A stretch of DNA of 64,000 bases from Gammaproteobacteria bacterium (GTDB lineage: Bacteria > Pseudomonadota > Gammaproteobacteria > Ga0077536), in NCBI GenBank assembly GCA_963662545.2, contig CAXXLL010000003.1, positions 1,984,001 through 2,048,000 of the forward strand, read 5' to 3'. Below, one piece after another: positions 10,525 to 20,579 of this stretch. Every line of letters starts with the position of its first letter. Within the stretch, counting starts at the first letter, position 1. Made by a program: the position numbers and the translations under genes. The notes beneath the pieces were generated by a model. That model had not been told where the DNA came from. It did not search any database and saw only the letters and a list, made by a program, of their open reading frames with translations.

Positions 10525-11691
10525 TCAGCGGGTCAGGGTCTGGTTGACGAGTTCGACCCAGTAGCTCGCGCCGAGCGCGATGATGTCGTCATTGAAATCG
10601 AAATGCGGGCTGTGCAGCAGGCAGCCGCCTTCACCGGGGCCATTGCCGATGAACGCGTAACAGCCGGGCTTCGCTTCGAGCATGTAGCCGAAGTCCTCCG
10701 ATCCCGTCACCTGCTCGACGTTCGAATTGACATTGTCCTCGCCGACCACGGCTTGCGCCACGGCCGCCGCTATTTGCGTTTCCGTTTCAGAATTGACGGT
10801 CGGCGGAAAACGTTGCTCATGCCACCATTCGAGTCTGCAGCGATGCGCTTCACACACACCCTCAGCAATTTGCTTCATGCGATTCGCGATCATGGTGCGC
10901 ACCTCGGGGCTGAAACAGCGTACGGTTCCGCGCAATACGACCTCTTCGGGGATCACGTTAAGGGCAGTGCCGGCGTGAAACTGGGTGACAGACACGACCG
11001 CCGGGTCGATCGGTTTCACATTCCGGGAAACGATGGTCTGCCAGGCTTGCACTAGTTGCGAACCTACGAGGATGGGATCGGCGACCAGATGCGGCATCGC
11101 TGCGTGACCGCCAAGCCCTATGATTTTCGCTTCGAAAATATCCATTGCCGCCATCGCGGGTCCCGAGCGCATCGCTATCTTGCCGACCTCCAGACCCGGC
11201 CAGTTGTGTAGCGCATAGACGGCCTCCATTGGAAAATTCTCGAACAAGCCGTCGTCCATCATCGCCTTGGCGCCGGCCTCTCCTTCCTCGGCCGGTTGGA
11301 AGATGAAATGAACGATGCCGTCGAAGTCCTGATGTTTTGCGAGGTATTCCGCGGCAGCGAGCAGCACGGTGGTGTGACCGTCGTGCCCGCACGCGTGCAT
11401 GACCCCGTCGTGGCGCGAGCGGTGCGGGAAGGCGTTCATTTCCTGTAAGGGCAGGGCATCCATGTCCGCCCGCAAGCCGATACTGCGATCGCTCTTGCCG
11501 GATTTGATGGTGCCGACCACGCCGGTTTTGCCCAGACCCCGTACGATCGGAATCCCAAACGAGGCGAGCTTTTCTGCGACGAAATCTGCCGTGCGGTTCT
11601 CTTTGTAGGCGAGTTCCGGATGCGCGTGGATATCGCGGCGCCAGGAGGTGTGTTCGTCGGCCCGGGCGACGATCTCTTCAACCAGTTTCAT
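10525..11691 (-). CDS. M20 amidohydrolase (hippurate hydrolase-like)
   Basis: RRDIHAHPEL, LRADMDALP, MHACGHDGH, FQPAEE, SEDF and LHSPHFDFND motifs. Confidence 0.95.
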   Translation of the reverse strand: MKLVEEIVARADEHTSWRRDIHAHPELAYKENRTADFVAEKLASFGIPIVRGLGKTGVVGTIKSGKSDRSIGLRADMDALPLQEMNAFPHRSRHDGVMHACGHDGHTTVLLAAAEYLAKHQDFDGIVHFIFQPAEEGEAGAKAMMDDGLFENFPMEAVYALHNWPGLEVGKIAMRSGPAMAAMDIFEAKIIGLGGHAAMPHLVADPILVGSQLVQAWQTIVSRNVKPIDPAVVSVTQFHAGTALNVIPEEVVLRGTVRCFSPEVRTMIANRMKQIAEGVCEAHRCRLEWWHEQRFPPTVNSETETQIAAAVAQAVVGEDNVNSNVEQVTGSEDFGYMLEAKPGCYAFIGNGPGEGGCLLHSPHFDFNDDIIALGASYWVELVNQTLTR

Positions 11692-11737
11692 GATCCAGGG
11701 TGCCTGGTTACACGAGTTTCGTCAGGCCGCCCGGCGT

Positions 11738-12673
11738 TCATTCAGCAAACTTCTGCTTGATGAATTCGCACTGCGCCGCGATCAGTTGCTGACCCTCGGG
11801 GACAAGCTTCGCCAGCAGCATGAAACCGTGAAAGACGCCGTTGAATCGCTGGTAGTCGACCTCGACGCCCGCAGCTTTGAGCTTTTCTGCATAGGCCTCG
11901 CCCTCGTCGCGCAGGGGATCGAATTCCGCAGTCGAGATTATAGCCGGCGGCAGCTTGCTGAGATCCTCGGCGTGCAGTGGCGAGAGCCTGGGGTCGCGCA
12001 CGTCCGTTCCCTTGGGGATGTAATGTTCCCAGAACCAGGTCATCTGCGGGCGGCCGAGCAGCGGGGCTGCGGCGTTTTCCTCGATGGACGGGCAAGACAT
12101 CGTGCCGTCCACCGCCGGATAGGTCAGGACCTGGAGCTGGAGTTCGGGACCACCCCGATCGCGGGCGAGCAGGGTTACGGCCGCCGCCAGATTTCCGCCC
12201 GCGCTGTCGCCGACCACGCCGATGCGCGAGCCATCTAGTCCAAGATCCGAAGCGTTGTTGGAGACCCAACAAAGCGCCGTATAACAATCTTCGACGGGTG
12301 CCGGAAAGGCGTATTCGGGGGCTTTGCGGTATTCCACGGCAAGCACCGCGCACTCGGCGCGGTTAGCTAGCGTGCGGCAGTAGCCGTCGTGGGTATCGAG
12401 GTTGAGGTAAACCCAGCCCCCGCCGTGAAAATGCACCATGACAGGCAGTGGTCCGCTCGTTGCGGGCGCGTAGAGTCGCGCCGGGATCTCACCCCCTTCG
12501 ACCGGGATACTGAGTTCTTCGACCCGCGCGCAGACTTCCTGGTCGTCGGGCTGGGTTTTGAACGCTTCGTTGAAATACGCTCGCGCTTCGGCGGCCGGCA
12601 TCGAATCGAGAGCTTTGAAGCCTTGCTCGGCGAGTGTCTCGAGCACGGCTTCGGATTCTGCGGATAAGGGCAT
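11738..12673 (-). CDS. Alpha/beta hydrolase, HSL-family esterase
   Basis: HGGGW, GDSAGG, DPLRDEG and HGF motifs. Confidence 0.95.
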   Translation of the reverse strand: MPLSAESEAVLETLAEQGFKALDSMPAAEARAYFNEAFKTQPDDQEVCARVEELSIPVEGGEIPARLYAPATSGPLPVMVHFHGGGWVYLNLDTHDGYCRTLANRAECAVLAVEYRKAPEYAFPAPVEDCYTALCWVSNNASDLGLDGSRIGVVGDSAGGNLAAAVTLLARDRGGPELQLQVLTYPAVDGTMSCPSIEENAAAPLLGRPQMTWFWEHYIPKGTDVRDPRLSPLHAEDLSKLPPAIISTAEFDPLRDEGEAYAEKLKAAGVEVDYQRFNGVFHGFMLLAKLVPEGQQLIAAQCEFIKQKFAE

Positions 12674-12760
12674 GGAGGATCTCCCGGATTTGAGTGGGTG
12701 ATTATAAGGGGGCAAAGTCGTTCAAACAAAGCACGCTTTAACTGAACGACTTCACTCTCT

Positions 12761-14494
12761 TCACTCGCGCCTGCTTGCGACCAGGGCGCGCAGCCGTTTG
12801 GCCACGGCTTGTCGTTGCGACCCTGCGGTTCGAAAATAATACCGTTCGAGGAAGTCAAGAATTTCCCGCGCATCTGCATAGCTTGTTTCTGCGATCTCTC
12901 GCTCAGCCTGGGCGAGTACATCTTCAATCGCGACGAAATCGACGTTTCTGTCATCGCGCAAGCGGTCCATGACCGCGTCGGAGTAAATCCAAATCTTCGC
13001 GCTCAAGTCGCGACCGAATCGGATAAGGTCGACGCGGCGGCGGCCGTCGGCGAGGAGCGGGGGCGTCTTTCTAAGAAAGATCATGTGGATCTCATGGCCA
13101 GTCAGCCAGGCCTCGTCGGCAGATTTTTCGTGGCCGACGAGGCCGCGTTCCGCAAGGGGCTGCTTGGCCAGCGAATACTGGGTGAGCCCGGTCATCTCGG
13201 CCAGGTAGGGCAAGGCGCTGTAGTACCCGAACACACACATGCCGCCCTGGAACATCGCGTTCAAGGGCGCGCCCCGGAGTGACGCGGATGCGATCGCACC
13301 GCGCTGCCGCCAGGTTTCGACATAATCCTCCGGATAGAACTCGCGTTCATTGGCAATACCGTTGATACGGTCGGCGTAATCGGGATAGATCTTCAACGGT
13401 AACGCAGCACCGAGTAGGCCGGCGAAGAAAACCGCGATGGCGATCCTGCGCCGTGGATCTGATACGAGTACGTCTTCGACGACGAGAAACAGAAATGGTA
13501 ACGCCGGGATCAGACGCCGCGCGTACATGAAATCTCCGCCGCTATGAATGACGTACAGTGTAAAACCGATGAAGGCGCTGCCGAAAATCACGCGGCTGCG
13601 GTCGGTCACCTTCATTCCTTTACGGGTGATGCTCCACGCCGCGAGAGCGGCCAGGGCGAGGACCGCCCAATTGCGTTTGAAGAAGAGATAGACGTAGAAC
13701 AAACCCTGGTCGTAATAGGGGTCCAGCGCCGACTTGGAATAGAACGCCGTCGGAAACAAGTCACCGTAATAGCTGAGCTTGAAAGCGACCAGGGCGGTGC
13801 CGATCAATAGGAGTGGGACTGCAATGCAGCCGAAATCCACCAGGCGATCGCTACGGGTCGTCCCCTCCCTGTTCGACCATGCGGCGAACACCGCAATCGC
13901 GGCGAATATGGCGCCATCCGGTCGCGTCATCGTCGCCAGGCCCAGCAGAACAGCGGCCGCGACCAAATGGCGGCGCGGCCGCTGACCTGCAGCGACGAGC
14001 AGCAATCCTGATGTCGAGAGCAGTGCGAAAAGGCTGGTTTCGAGTCCGCCCGTCGCCCACACCTGAAAGTCTTCGACTACCAGAACGAGTGCGGCGGCGA
14101 GCGGCAGGAAGCCAAGACCGGCATGCGATACGCGATGCCGGCTCCACGTGAACAGGGCACCGGCCAAGGCGAGCAAGCACCCGATGCCGAGGACCTGGGA
14201 AGCCACTTCGGGTGTAGCACCGGCTGCCATCGATGCCGCCATCAGAAGCGTCCATAACAGGTTGGTGTAGCCTTCCACGTATTCGCCGGCGTTGTAGACC
14301 AGTCCCAACCCGTCGACTAGATTTCGCGCGTAGCGGAAGGAAATGAAGCTGTCGTCGGCGAGCCACGCCAATTGTGCCGCGCGTGACGTGCAAACACCCG
14401 CGAACAGGATACAGGCGACGACAAGAAAGCGTTTACTGATGACTACGGGCGTGTCGAATTTTTGGGAGGAGTCAGAGTCATTCAGCGGAGGCAA
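12761..14494 (-). CDS. Multi-pass membrane GT-C-type glycosyltransferase-like protein
   Basis: DDSFISFRYARNL..G.GLVYN.GE.VEGYT, GLET, TRPDG and GGDFM..R motifs, with many TM helices. The start codon is uncertain. Confidence 0.75.
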   Translation of the reverse strand: MPPLNDSDSSQKFDTPVVISKRFLVVACILFAGVCTSRAAQLAWLADDSFISFRYARNLVDGLGLVYNAGEYVEGYTNLLWTLLMAASMAAGATPEVASQVLGIGCLLALAGALFTWSRHRVSHAGLGFLPLAAALVLVVEDFQVWATGGLETSLFALLSTSGLLLVAAGQRPRRHLVAAAVLLGLATMTRPDGAIFAAIAVFAAWSNREGTTRSDRLVDFGCIAVPLLLIGTALVAFKLSYYGDLFPTAFYSKSALDPYYDQGLFYVYLFFKRNWAVLALAALAAWSITRKGMKVTDRSRVIFGSAFIGFTLYVIHSGGDFMYARRLIPALPFLFLVVEDVLVSDPRRRIAIAVFFAGLLGAALPLKIYPDYADRINGIANEREFYPEDYVETWRQRGAIASASLRGAPLNAMFQGGMCVFGYYSALPYLAEMTGLTQYSLAKQPLAERGLVGHEKSADEAWLTGHEIHMIFLRKTPPLLADGRRRVDLIRFGRDLSAKIWIYSDAVMDRLRDDRNVDFVAIEDVLAQAEREIAETSYADAREILDFLERYYFRTAGSQRQAVAKRLRALVASRRE

Positions 14495-14954
14495 GCTTCA
14501 GGGAACCTCTGAATAATTTTAATTCTTTTACTCTCGACCCCTGCACCCGCGAACCGTGCTCGAGCCGTTCCTCTACGTGGCGAACCGCATCGTCCCATTG
14601 CTGCCGTTCTATATCGAGTATCTCCGTCTCGAGCGCGTCCAGTTTGTCACAGTCGATAGGCGCCCTCGCCAGGACACGAAAGATTTCTGAGACGAGGTCG
14701 CTGCGCCGCTCTTCCATCGCATTCGTGTGCGGATTGTCGACTAATTTCAGCGTATAGCTTTCCCGATCGCTCGGCGACCAGTTTTCCTGCTCTGACAGTT
14801 GATTGAGTGCGACTTGCAGACGCTCCTCACCCGAATCGTCAATGGCTTGCAAGGCATCGAAGACTTTTCCAGGGCGGTCCACGGAGCAAAAGCTATCGGC
14901 GACCGACAGCAGCGGTAGCCCCACAATGACGATGAAGACAAACCATCGATGCAT
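14478..14954 (-). CDS. Secreted hypothetical protein; C-terminus derived from repeat/IS-end DNA
   Basis: Signal peptide. The tail (VQGSRVK..LFRGSL) is read through a GGGGTC motif and an IS5-like end. Confidence 0.6.
   Translation of the reverse strand: MHRWFVFIVIVGLPLLSVADSFCSVDRPGKVFDALQAIDDSGEERLQVALNQLSEQENWSPSDRESYTLKLVDNPHTNAMEERRSDLVSEIFRVLARAPIDCDKLDALETEILDIERQQWDDAVRHVEERLEHGSRVQGSRVKELKLFRGSLKLASAE
14501..14516. mobile_element. Solo IS5-like terminal repeat
   Basis: GGGAACCTCTGAATAA matches the ends of the MITE at 3632-3793. Confidence 0.55.
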
Positions 14955-15058
14955 GCTTGAGCTCCTTTAAGGGGTACGCTGCAAGGGGTCAGAGTAATTC
15001 AGCTAATGCGCGTTTTAGCCGAATATTGCCGACCTCCTAGAGTTTATCGCGTTCGCAA

Positions 15059-15868
15059 TCAGGCGTCGAAAGCCTTGTCGATACGCTCGAATCTTCGCCG
15101 GATGAACTCACGTGATTCTTCGTGTGTCACGATATACAGCTTGTTGTTCTTGATCGCCTTGACGACTTTTGCGGCGACGCCTGCGACCGGCAGTACGCGG
15201 CCGCGCATTTTCTCGCGCTGGTCCGGCGGCACGTCGAGATCGCGCTCGGTGCCACCGAACTCGGCGGGCCGGTTGCGCGCGGAGTGATTGATGTTGGTGG
15301 CAACGACCATCGGACACAATACCGAAGCACCGATGTCGTGCTGTTTGACGTCTCGCACCAGGCATTCGGACAGGGCGACGACGCCGTATTTCGCGACGCA
15401 GTACACGCCGAGACCCTGGTTGGGGACGAGTCCGGCAAAAGACGCCGTGTTGACGATATGACCCCCCTGGTTTTGTTCGATCATGCGCGGGAGAAAGGTT
15501 TCGACGCCGTGAATGACGCCCCATAAATCGACTTTGATGACCCATTCCCAGTCCGCATGGGTCATCTCCTGAATGGGCCCGAACACGGCCACGCCTGCGT
15601 TATTGAACACGACGTGCGCCGCGCCAAAGTGTGAGAAGGTCTGATCGGCGAGGGCTTGTACGTCACCCAGTTCACCGACATCGGTTTTGACCCCGATCAC
15701 GTCCGCGCCGCGCTCGCTCAATTCGTGCGCGGCGTCGTCGAGCGCGCCCTGTTCGATGTCGGCCAGCACCAGCCGCATGCCCTCTGCGGCCAGCAAGCGC
15801 GCCGTTTCGAGTCCGATACCGCTGGCTCCGCCGGTGATAACAGCGACCTTTCCATTAAGTTCCTTCAT
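15059..15868 (-). CDS. Short-chain dehydrogenase/reductase
   Basis: TGGASGIG, NNAG and YCVAK motifs. Confidence 0.93.
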   Translation of the reverse strand: MKELNGKVAVITGGASGIGLETARLLAAEGMRLVLADIEQGALDDAAHELSERGADVIGVKTDVGELGDVQALADQTFSHFGAAHVVFNNAGVAVFGPIQEMTHADWEWVIKVDLWGVIHGVETFLPRMIEQNQGGHIVNTASFAGLVPNQGLGVYCVAKYGVVALSECLVRDVKQHDIGASVLCPMVVATNINHSARNRPAEFGGTERDLDVPPDQREKMRGRVLPVAGVAAKVVKAIKNNKLYIVTHEESREFIRRRFERIDKAFDA

Positions 15869-15876
15869 TTGATCCC

Positions 15877-16629
15877 CTAGTAATACCCAAACGCCGTCCA
15901 GCCGCCATCGATGACCATGGTTTCGCCGGTCATGTAGGCAGCATCGTCGCTTGCGACGTAGCATACGGCCTTGGCGATTTCCGCGCCCGTTCCGAGCCGC
16001 TTTTGCGGCGTGCGGCGTTCGAGATCTTCGATCGTCAGCTTGCCCTCCGCGGCCAGCTGATCGATCAGATCGGTCCGTACATAGCCCGGCACGACGCAAT
16101 TGACGCGTATACCATAACGCGCCCACTCGATGGCCATAACACGGGTCATGTGATCAACGGCGGCCTTGGACGTGCAATAGCCGAGCGTGGCGGGAAACGC
16201 GTTGCGCCCGAGTATCGATCCGATGTTGACGATGACGCCGCCATCGTGCGTTTTCATCTGTCGTGCGGCTGCCTGTGAGCACAGAAATACCGATTTGCAG
16301 TTAACGTCCATGTGCAGATCCCAGTTTTCCTCGCTCATCTCCAAGGTCAATTCCGGCCGCGAGATACCCGCGTTGTTCACGAGTATGTCGACCGGCCCGA
16401 GTTCGTTTTTGATATGCTGGAACGCCGCTGTAACTTCGGCGGCGATTTCTACACGGCAGCCCACGGCTATCGCGCGGCCGCCGTTTCCCTCGATCTCAGC
16501 CACCGTGCCGTTCGCATTCTCGGCACGGGTTGCAAGACAGGCCATCTGACCGCCGGCAGCGGCCAGTTCGAGCGCGATCGACCGTCCAAGACCGCGGCTG
16601 GCACCCGTTACGATGACGATTTTGTCCAT
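15877..16629 (-). CDS. Short-chain dehydrogenase/reductase (FabG-like)
   Basis: TGASRGLG, NNAG, YCTSK and IDGG motifs. Confidence 0.93.
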   Translation of the reverse strand: MDKIVIVTGASRGLGRSIALELAAAGGQMACLATRAENANGTVAEIEGNGGRAIAVGCRVEIAAEVTAAFQHIKNELGPVDILVNNAGISRPELTLEMSEENWDLHMDVNCKSVFLCSQAAARQMKTHDGGVIVNIGSILGRNAFPATLGYCTSKAAVDHMTRVMAIEWARYGIRVNCVVPGYVRTDLIDQLAAEGKLTIEDLERRTPQKRLGTGAEIAKAVCYVASDDAAYMTGETMVIDGGWTAFGYY

Positions 16630-16651
16630 TATTCCGACATATACGCGCGGG

Positions 16652-17383
16652 TCAGTAGGTCCACACCTCGGTATACGGCCTGATTTCCATCTCATTGCTC
16701 CAGGCCGATTTCGGCTGCTGATGTGCCCACCAATAAGTTTCGGCAACGTCGTCGGTATTGGACGTTTCTTCGACCTTGAATTTGTCGCCCATGTATTCGC
16801 GAAGCATCGGAACGTCCAGCGCGCAGTCGAGCCGGAAGTGCACGATATGTACCCCTTTGTTCGAATAGGCCTTGGCCAGGCTCTGCGACAGTGCGCGCAG
16901 GCCGAACTTGCCGATGGCGTAGACTGGATTGGTGCCCGAGCCGCGCAAGGCCGCGGTCGCACTGGAAAAGAGAACGCTGCCGTGTCCTTTCTCAATCATG
17001 GCCGGCAACACCGACTTGGCGGCGGCAAAGGCGCCGATGACTTCCAGGCGAAAGATCTCTTCGAGCTCCGCGTAGCTCATCTCCAGCGGATCGCGCGGCG
17101 CGTAGCCACCGCGGGCGTTGTAGATCAGGACTTCGACTTCGCCCATGTCGGCAGCGATCTTCGCAAACGCCTCTTCGACGGTTTCGGGCTGGCCCGCATC
17201 CGCTGCGAAATATTGGACGTTTGCCGAGGAGTTTGCGGCGGCGGCGGCGCTCGCGGCGGCGCTGCTGCCCTTCTCCGAGCGTGATACGAGCGCGATATCA
17301 AAATTCTGACTCGCGAACTTGGCGGCCAGCGAGCGTCCGAGGCCTTCACCGGCGCCGACGATTGCGCATACTGCTTGGGTCAT
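16652..17383 (-). CDS. Short-chain dehydrogenase/reductase
   Basis: VGAGEGLG, YNA, SATAALRG, KFGLRALSQS and QPKSAWS motifs. Confidence 0.9.
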   Translation of the reverse strand: MTQAVCAIVGAGEGLGRSLAAKFASQNFDIALVSRSEKGSSAAASAAAAANSSANVQYFAADAGQPETVEEAFAKIAADMGEVEVLIYNARGGYAPRDPLEMSYAELEEIFRLEVIGAFAAAKSVLPAMIEKGHGSVLFSSATAALRGSGTNPVYAIGKFGLRALSQSLAKAYSNKGVHIVHFRLDCALDVPMLREYMGDKFKVEETSNTDDVAETYWWAHQQPKSAWSNEMEIRPYTEVWTY

Positions 17384-18696
17384 TGTTTTCCTCCGGGTGT
17401 TTGCGAATGAGTTGATGGTGCTCCCTCGAGTACGCCGGCCACGCCGGCTCGTCGTGCGAGGAAGATTGCAGTCACGAGTCCGATGATAGCGATGCCGGCG
17501 AGTAGCATGAAGTAGTGTTGGTGTCCGCCGAGCCCGGGAGTGGCGTCCAGCAGACGGCCGGCAATCGCCGCGAAAAAGATATCGGGTGTATAGCCGACCA
17601 GCGAAATCAGGCCGACTGCCGCACCCGTTAGGTGATCCGGCACGCGGGTTTCCTCGAGCAGCGCGAAGTAGACGCCGCGAAGAGCGAACACGCCACAAAA
17701 GGTAACGAACAGGTTGGCGTATACGACGGCAAGAAGCTGACCGTCCGGCAACAGCATGCTGAGCGCGCTGTAGCTGCCGGCGAGTACCGCGAAGAGTCCC
17801 AAGATCAGCCGCGACACACCGATCCGGTCGGCCATAAGCCCGGCGAGTACAGCGGCGACGGGGCGGATGTAGGCGCTGTTCGCGGTGAATCCCGCCGCTT
17901 CGGCTTCACTCATGTCGAGGATTTCGAAGGCATACAGTGCATAGTTGTCCAGGCCCTTGTAACCGCAGTACGCACAGACGACGATTGCGGCCTGAAGCCA
18001 GACGACGGGCAGTGCCAATACCTCGCGCAGGTCAGACAAGCCACGGATCCTCTTAGCGTCAGCTGCGCCCGACGAATCTGGCACGAACCACCACACGAGG
18101 GCCGCGGCGCCGAGGGTTGCGATGGAGTAAAAGCCGATTACGGCGCGAAGCGCCTCGCGTCGGTCGGCATCGGTAAGCTCAAAAGCAGCGCCCGGGAGAA
18201 ACTGGCTCAAGCACCAGACCGCGGCCGTTGCGAACATGGCGGCCACGAGTCCCCGGCCGCCGTCGAGGATCCCGAATGCACGGCCCTGGGCGAGCGCGCC
18301 GCCCCACTGCCGCGTGGCCCGGATCATGGCCGCCCAGAACAGGAGGATGGTCGTCACACCCCAATATCCGTACAGCAGCGACATCGCGGTGATGCCAGGC
18401 AAGCTCGTCATGTAAAAGCCGCCGGCAGCCGTCGCTATGAGCGAGGCGGTCATCAGCTTGCGTGCGGAAAAGCGGTCGGCGATGGCACCCCCGGGAAAAT
18501 ACGCCAGCATCGCCGTGATCCCGTACACCGCGAAGACGTCCCCCAGATTGGCGTTGCTGAAATCGAAGGTTTCCAACACCGTTGGCCGGAAGTAACGCGG
18601 CACGTGGAACGGCAGGCTGAAGATCATCTCGCCCGCCAGCACGAGCGCGAACATGACGAAGAATTTGGGACGGGTGTTGGCGGCCGGATCCGACAT
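17380..18696 (-). CDS. MFS transporter
   Basis: About 12 TM helices with GGAIADRF and GLMADRIG MFS motifs. Its stop overlaps the next start. Confidence 0.9.
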   Translation of the reverse strand: MSDPAANTRPKFFVMFALVLAGEMIFSLPFHVPRYFRPTVLETFDFSNANLGDVFAVYGITAMLAYFPGGAIADRFSARKLMTASLIATAAGGFYMTSLPGITAMSLLYGYWGVTTILLFWAAMIRATRQWGGALAQGRAFGILDGGRGLVAAMFATAAVWCLSQFLPGAAFELTDADRREALRAVIGFYSIATLGAAALVWWFVPDSSGAADAKRIRGLSDLREVLALPVVWLQAAIVVCAYCGYKGLDNYALYAFEILDMSEAEAAGFTANSAYIRPVAAVLAGLMADRIGVSRLILGLFAVLAGSYSALSMLLPDGQLLAVVYANLFVTFCGVFALRGVYFALLEETRVPDHLTGAAVGLISLVGYTPDIFFAAIAGRLLDATPGLGGHQHYFMLLAGIAIIGLVTAIFLARRAGVAGVLEGAPSTHSQTPGGKQ

Positions 18697-18835
18697 GAGC
18701 GCGACAGTATACGCAAGCCCGCCCGCCGGCTTCACGCTCGTCCCCGAGAAACCAGCCGCTGAGCGGGAAATAACGTTTTGCTTAGCGCGGCGGTTCTCTA
18801 TACTGAGCGTACGCGGCGAACCTGGAGAACAAACC

Positions 18836-20467
18836 ATGCCAGAGTGGTATACAAAAAAGACCCTAGGATCACTGGCCGATACCATGGCCGAACGCTTTGG
18901 CGAGCGGGAGGCATTGGTATACAACGAGGAGCGCTACACCTTCAGTGAGGTGTTGGAACGCATCAATGAGGTGGCGAGGGGCCTGATTCAACTCGGCATA
19001 GAGCCCGGCGACCACGTCGCGCTATGGATGGTAAACCGGCCGGAATGGATCTTCGCCATGTATGCCCTTGCGAAGATCGGTGCCGTACAGGTGCCGGTCA
19101 ACACGCGTTTCCGCACCCATGATCTCGCCTACCTGCTGAAGCAGTCCGACGCGCGCTACCTCATCGTGCAGGACGTGTCCGGACCTGTGAACTACCTCGA
19201 AATGGTGCGGGAGGTGGTAAAGCTACCGGCTTCCGGAGTACGCGTGGAGGATGCTGATTATCCCGAAATGCGAACGATCGTGATGCTCGGAGCCGAACCG
19301 CATGCGGGCTCAGTCGATTGGCAGGCGATGCTGGACACCGCCGGCGGGGTCGACGACGAAACCCTTGACGCGCGGGCCGCAGCGGTCGACCCGGACGATC
19401 CCGTCTTTATCATGTACACCTCCGGAACCACCGGCTTTCCCAAGGGCGTCGTGCACAACCACATCATGCTGCGCCTGATCGAAGAGCGTGCATTCCGACT
19501 GGCGATGACCGAGCACGATACGATCCTGAATTATTTGCCCTTGTTCCATCTGTTTTCCTACTCCGAGGTCGCGCTGATGTCGATGCTTACCGGCGCGCGG
19601 CAGATACTCGTCGAGACTTTCAATCCCGATGAATGTATCAAGCTGGTCGAAAGCGAACGGGTGTCCGTCCTGCACGGTTTCGAGACGCATTTGAAGGATC
19701 TCATCGACGCGCAGGAGCGGCACCACTGCGACATTTCCAGCCTGCGCATGGGGCTATTCGCCGCCGGTATGCAGAGCGGCGTGCCGATTGTCCGCAAGGC
19801 GGTTGAAGCGCTCGCCCCGCTCGTCACGGTGACGGCCTACGGCATGAGCGAAATGGGCGCAGCGACCACCGTGGGGTCACTGGGTGATACGGTGGAGCAG
19901 CGCGCGGAGAGCTCGGGCTACCTCGCGCCCGGTTTTGAATTCAAGGTGGTCGATCCCGAAACCGGTGAGGAGCAGCCGGTCGGCGAGCCGGGGGAGATCG
20001 TGTTCCGGGGCTACGGCATGATGATGGGGTACTACAAAAAGCCCACCGAAACCGCCGAATGCTACGACGCTGACGGTTGGTTTCATACCGGCGACACCGG
20101 CGTCGTCCGCGCCGACGGATACCTTCGTTTTCTCGGCCGCTACAAGGACATGCTCAAGGTCGGCGGCGAAAACGTCGATCCGATGGAAGTGGAGGGCCTG
20201 CTGTTGACCGTGGCAGGCGTGCAGCAGGTCGCCGTGGTCGCCTACCCCGATCAACGCCTCACCGACGTGCCGATCGCCTATGTGCAGAAAGTCGAAGGCA
20301 GCGACCTTACCGAGGCCGATGTCATCGGCGCATGCAAAGGTAAGGTCGCGAGCTTCAAGATCCCGCGCCACGTCATTTTCATCGACGAATTTCCGATGAC
20401 CGCCTCCGGGAAGATCCGCAAAGTCGAGTTGCGGGAAGACGCTACGCAGCGTTTGGGGCGCAACTGA
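18836..20467 (+). CDS. Acyl-CoA synthetase (AMP-forming)
   Basis: YTSGTTGFPKG, YGMSE, WFHTGD, GRYKDM and SGKI motifs. Confidence 0.95.
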   Translation: MPEWYTKKTLGSLADTMAERFGEREALVYNEERYTFSEVLERINEVARGLIQLGIEPGDHVALWMVNRPEWIFAMYALAKIGAVQVPVNTRFRTHDLAYLLKQSDARYLIVQDVSGPVNYLEMVREVVKLPASGVRVEDADYPEMRTIVMLGAEPHAGSVDWQAMLDTAGGVDDETLDARAAAVDPDDPVFIMYTSGTTGFPKGVVHNHIMLRLIEERAFRLAMTEHDTILNYLPLFHLFSYSEVALMSMLTGARQILVETFNPDECIKLVESERVSVLHGFETHLKDLIDAQERHHCDISSLRMGLFAAGMQSGVPIVRKAVEALAPLVTVTAYGMSEMGAATTVGSLGDTVEQRAESSGYLAPGFEFKVVDPETGEEQPVGEPGEIVFRGYGMMMGYYKKPTETAECYDADGWFHTGDTGVVRADGYLRFLGRYKDMLKVGGENVDPMEVEGLLLTVAGVQQVAVVAYPDQRLTDVPIAYVQKVEGSDLTEADVIGACKGKVASFKIPRHVIFIDEFPMTASGKIRKVELREDATQRLGRN

Positions 20468-20579
20468 GAGCGGCGGCAAGCGGGCTCCCGCAATCCGCAC
20501 TCAGAAAATCCGCGCTAGCCGTAGGCATGCGCCTGCCGCGAAAAGAACAAAAGGCCATTGGTAGCTTCTAGGAAACTTA

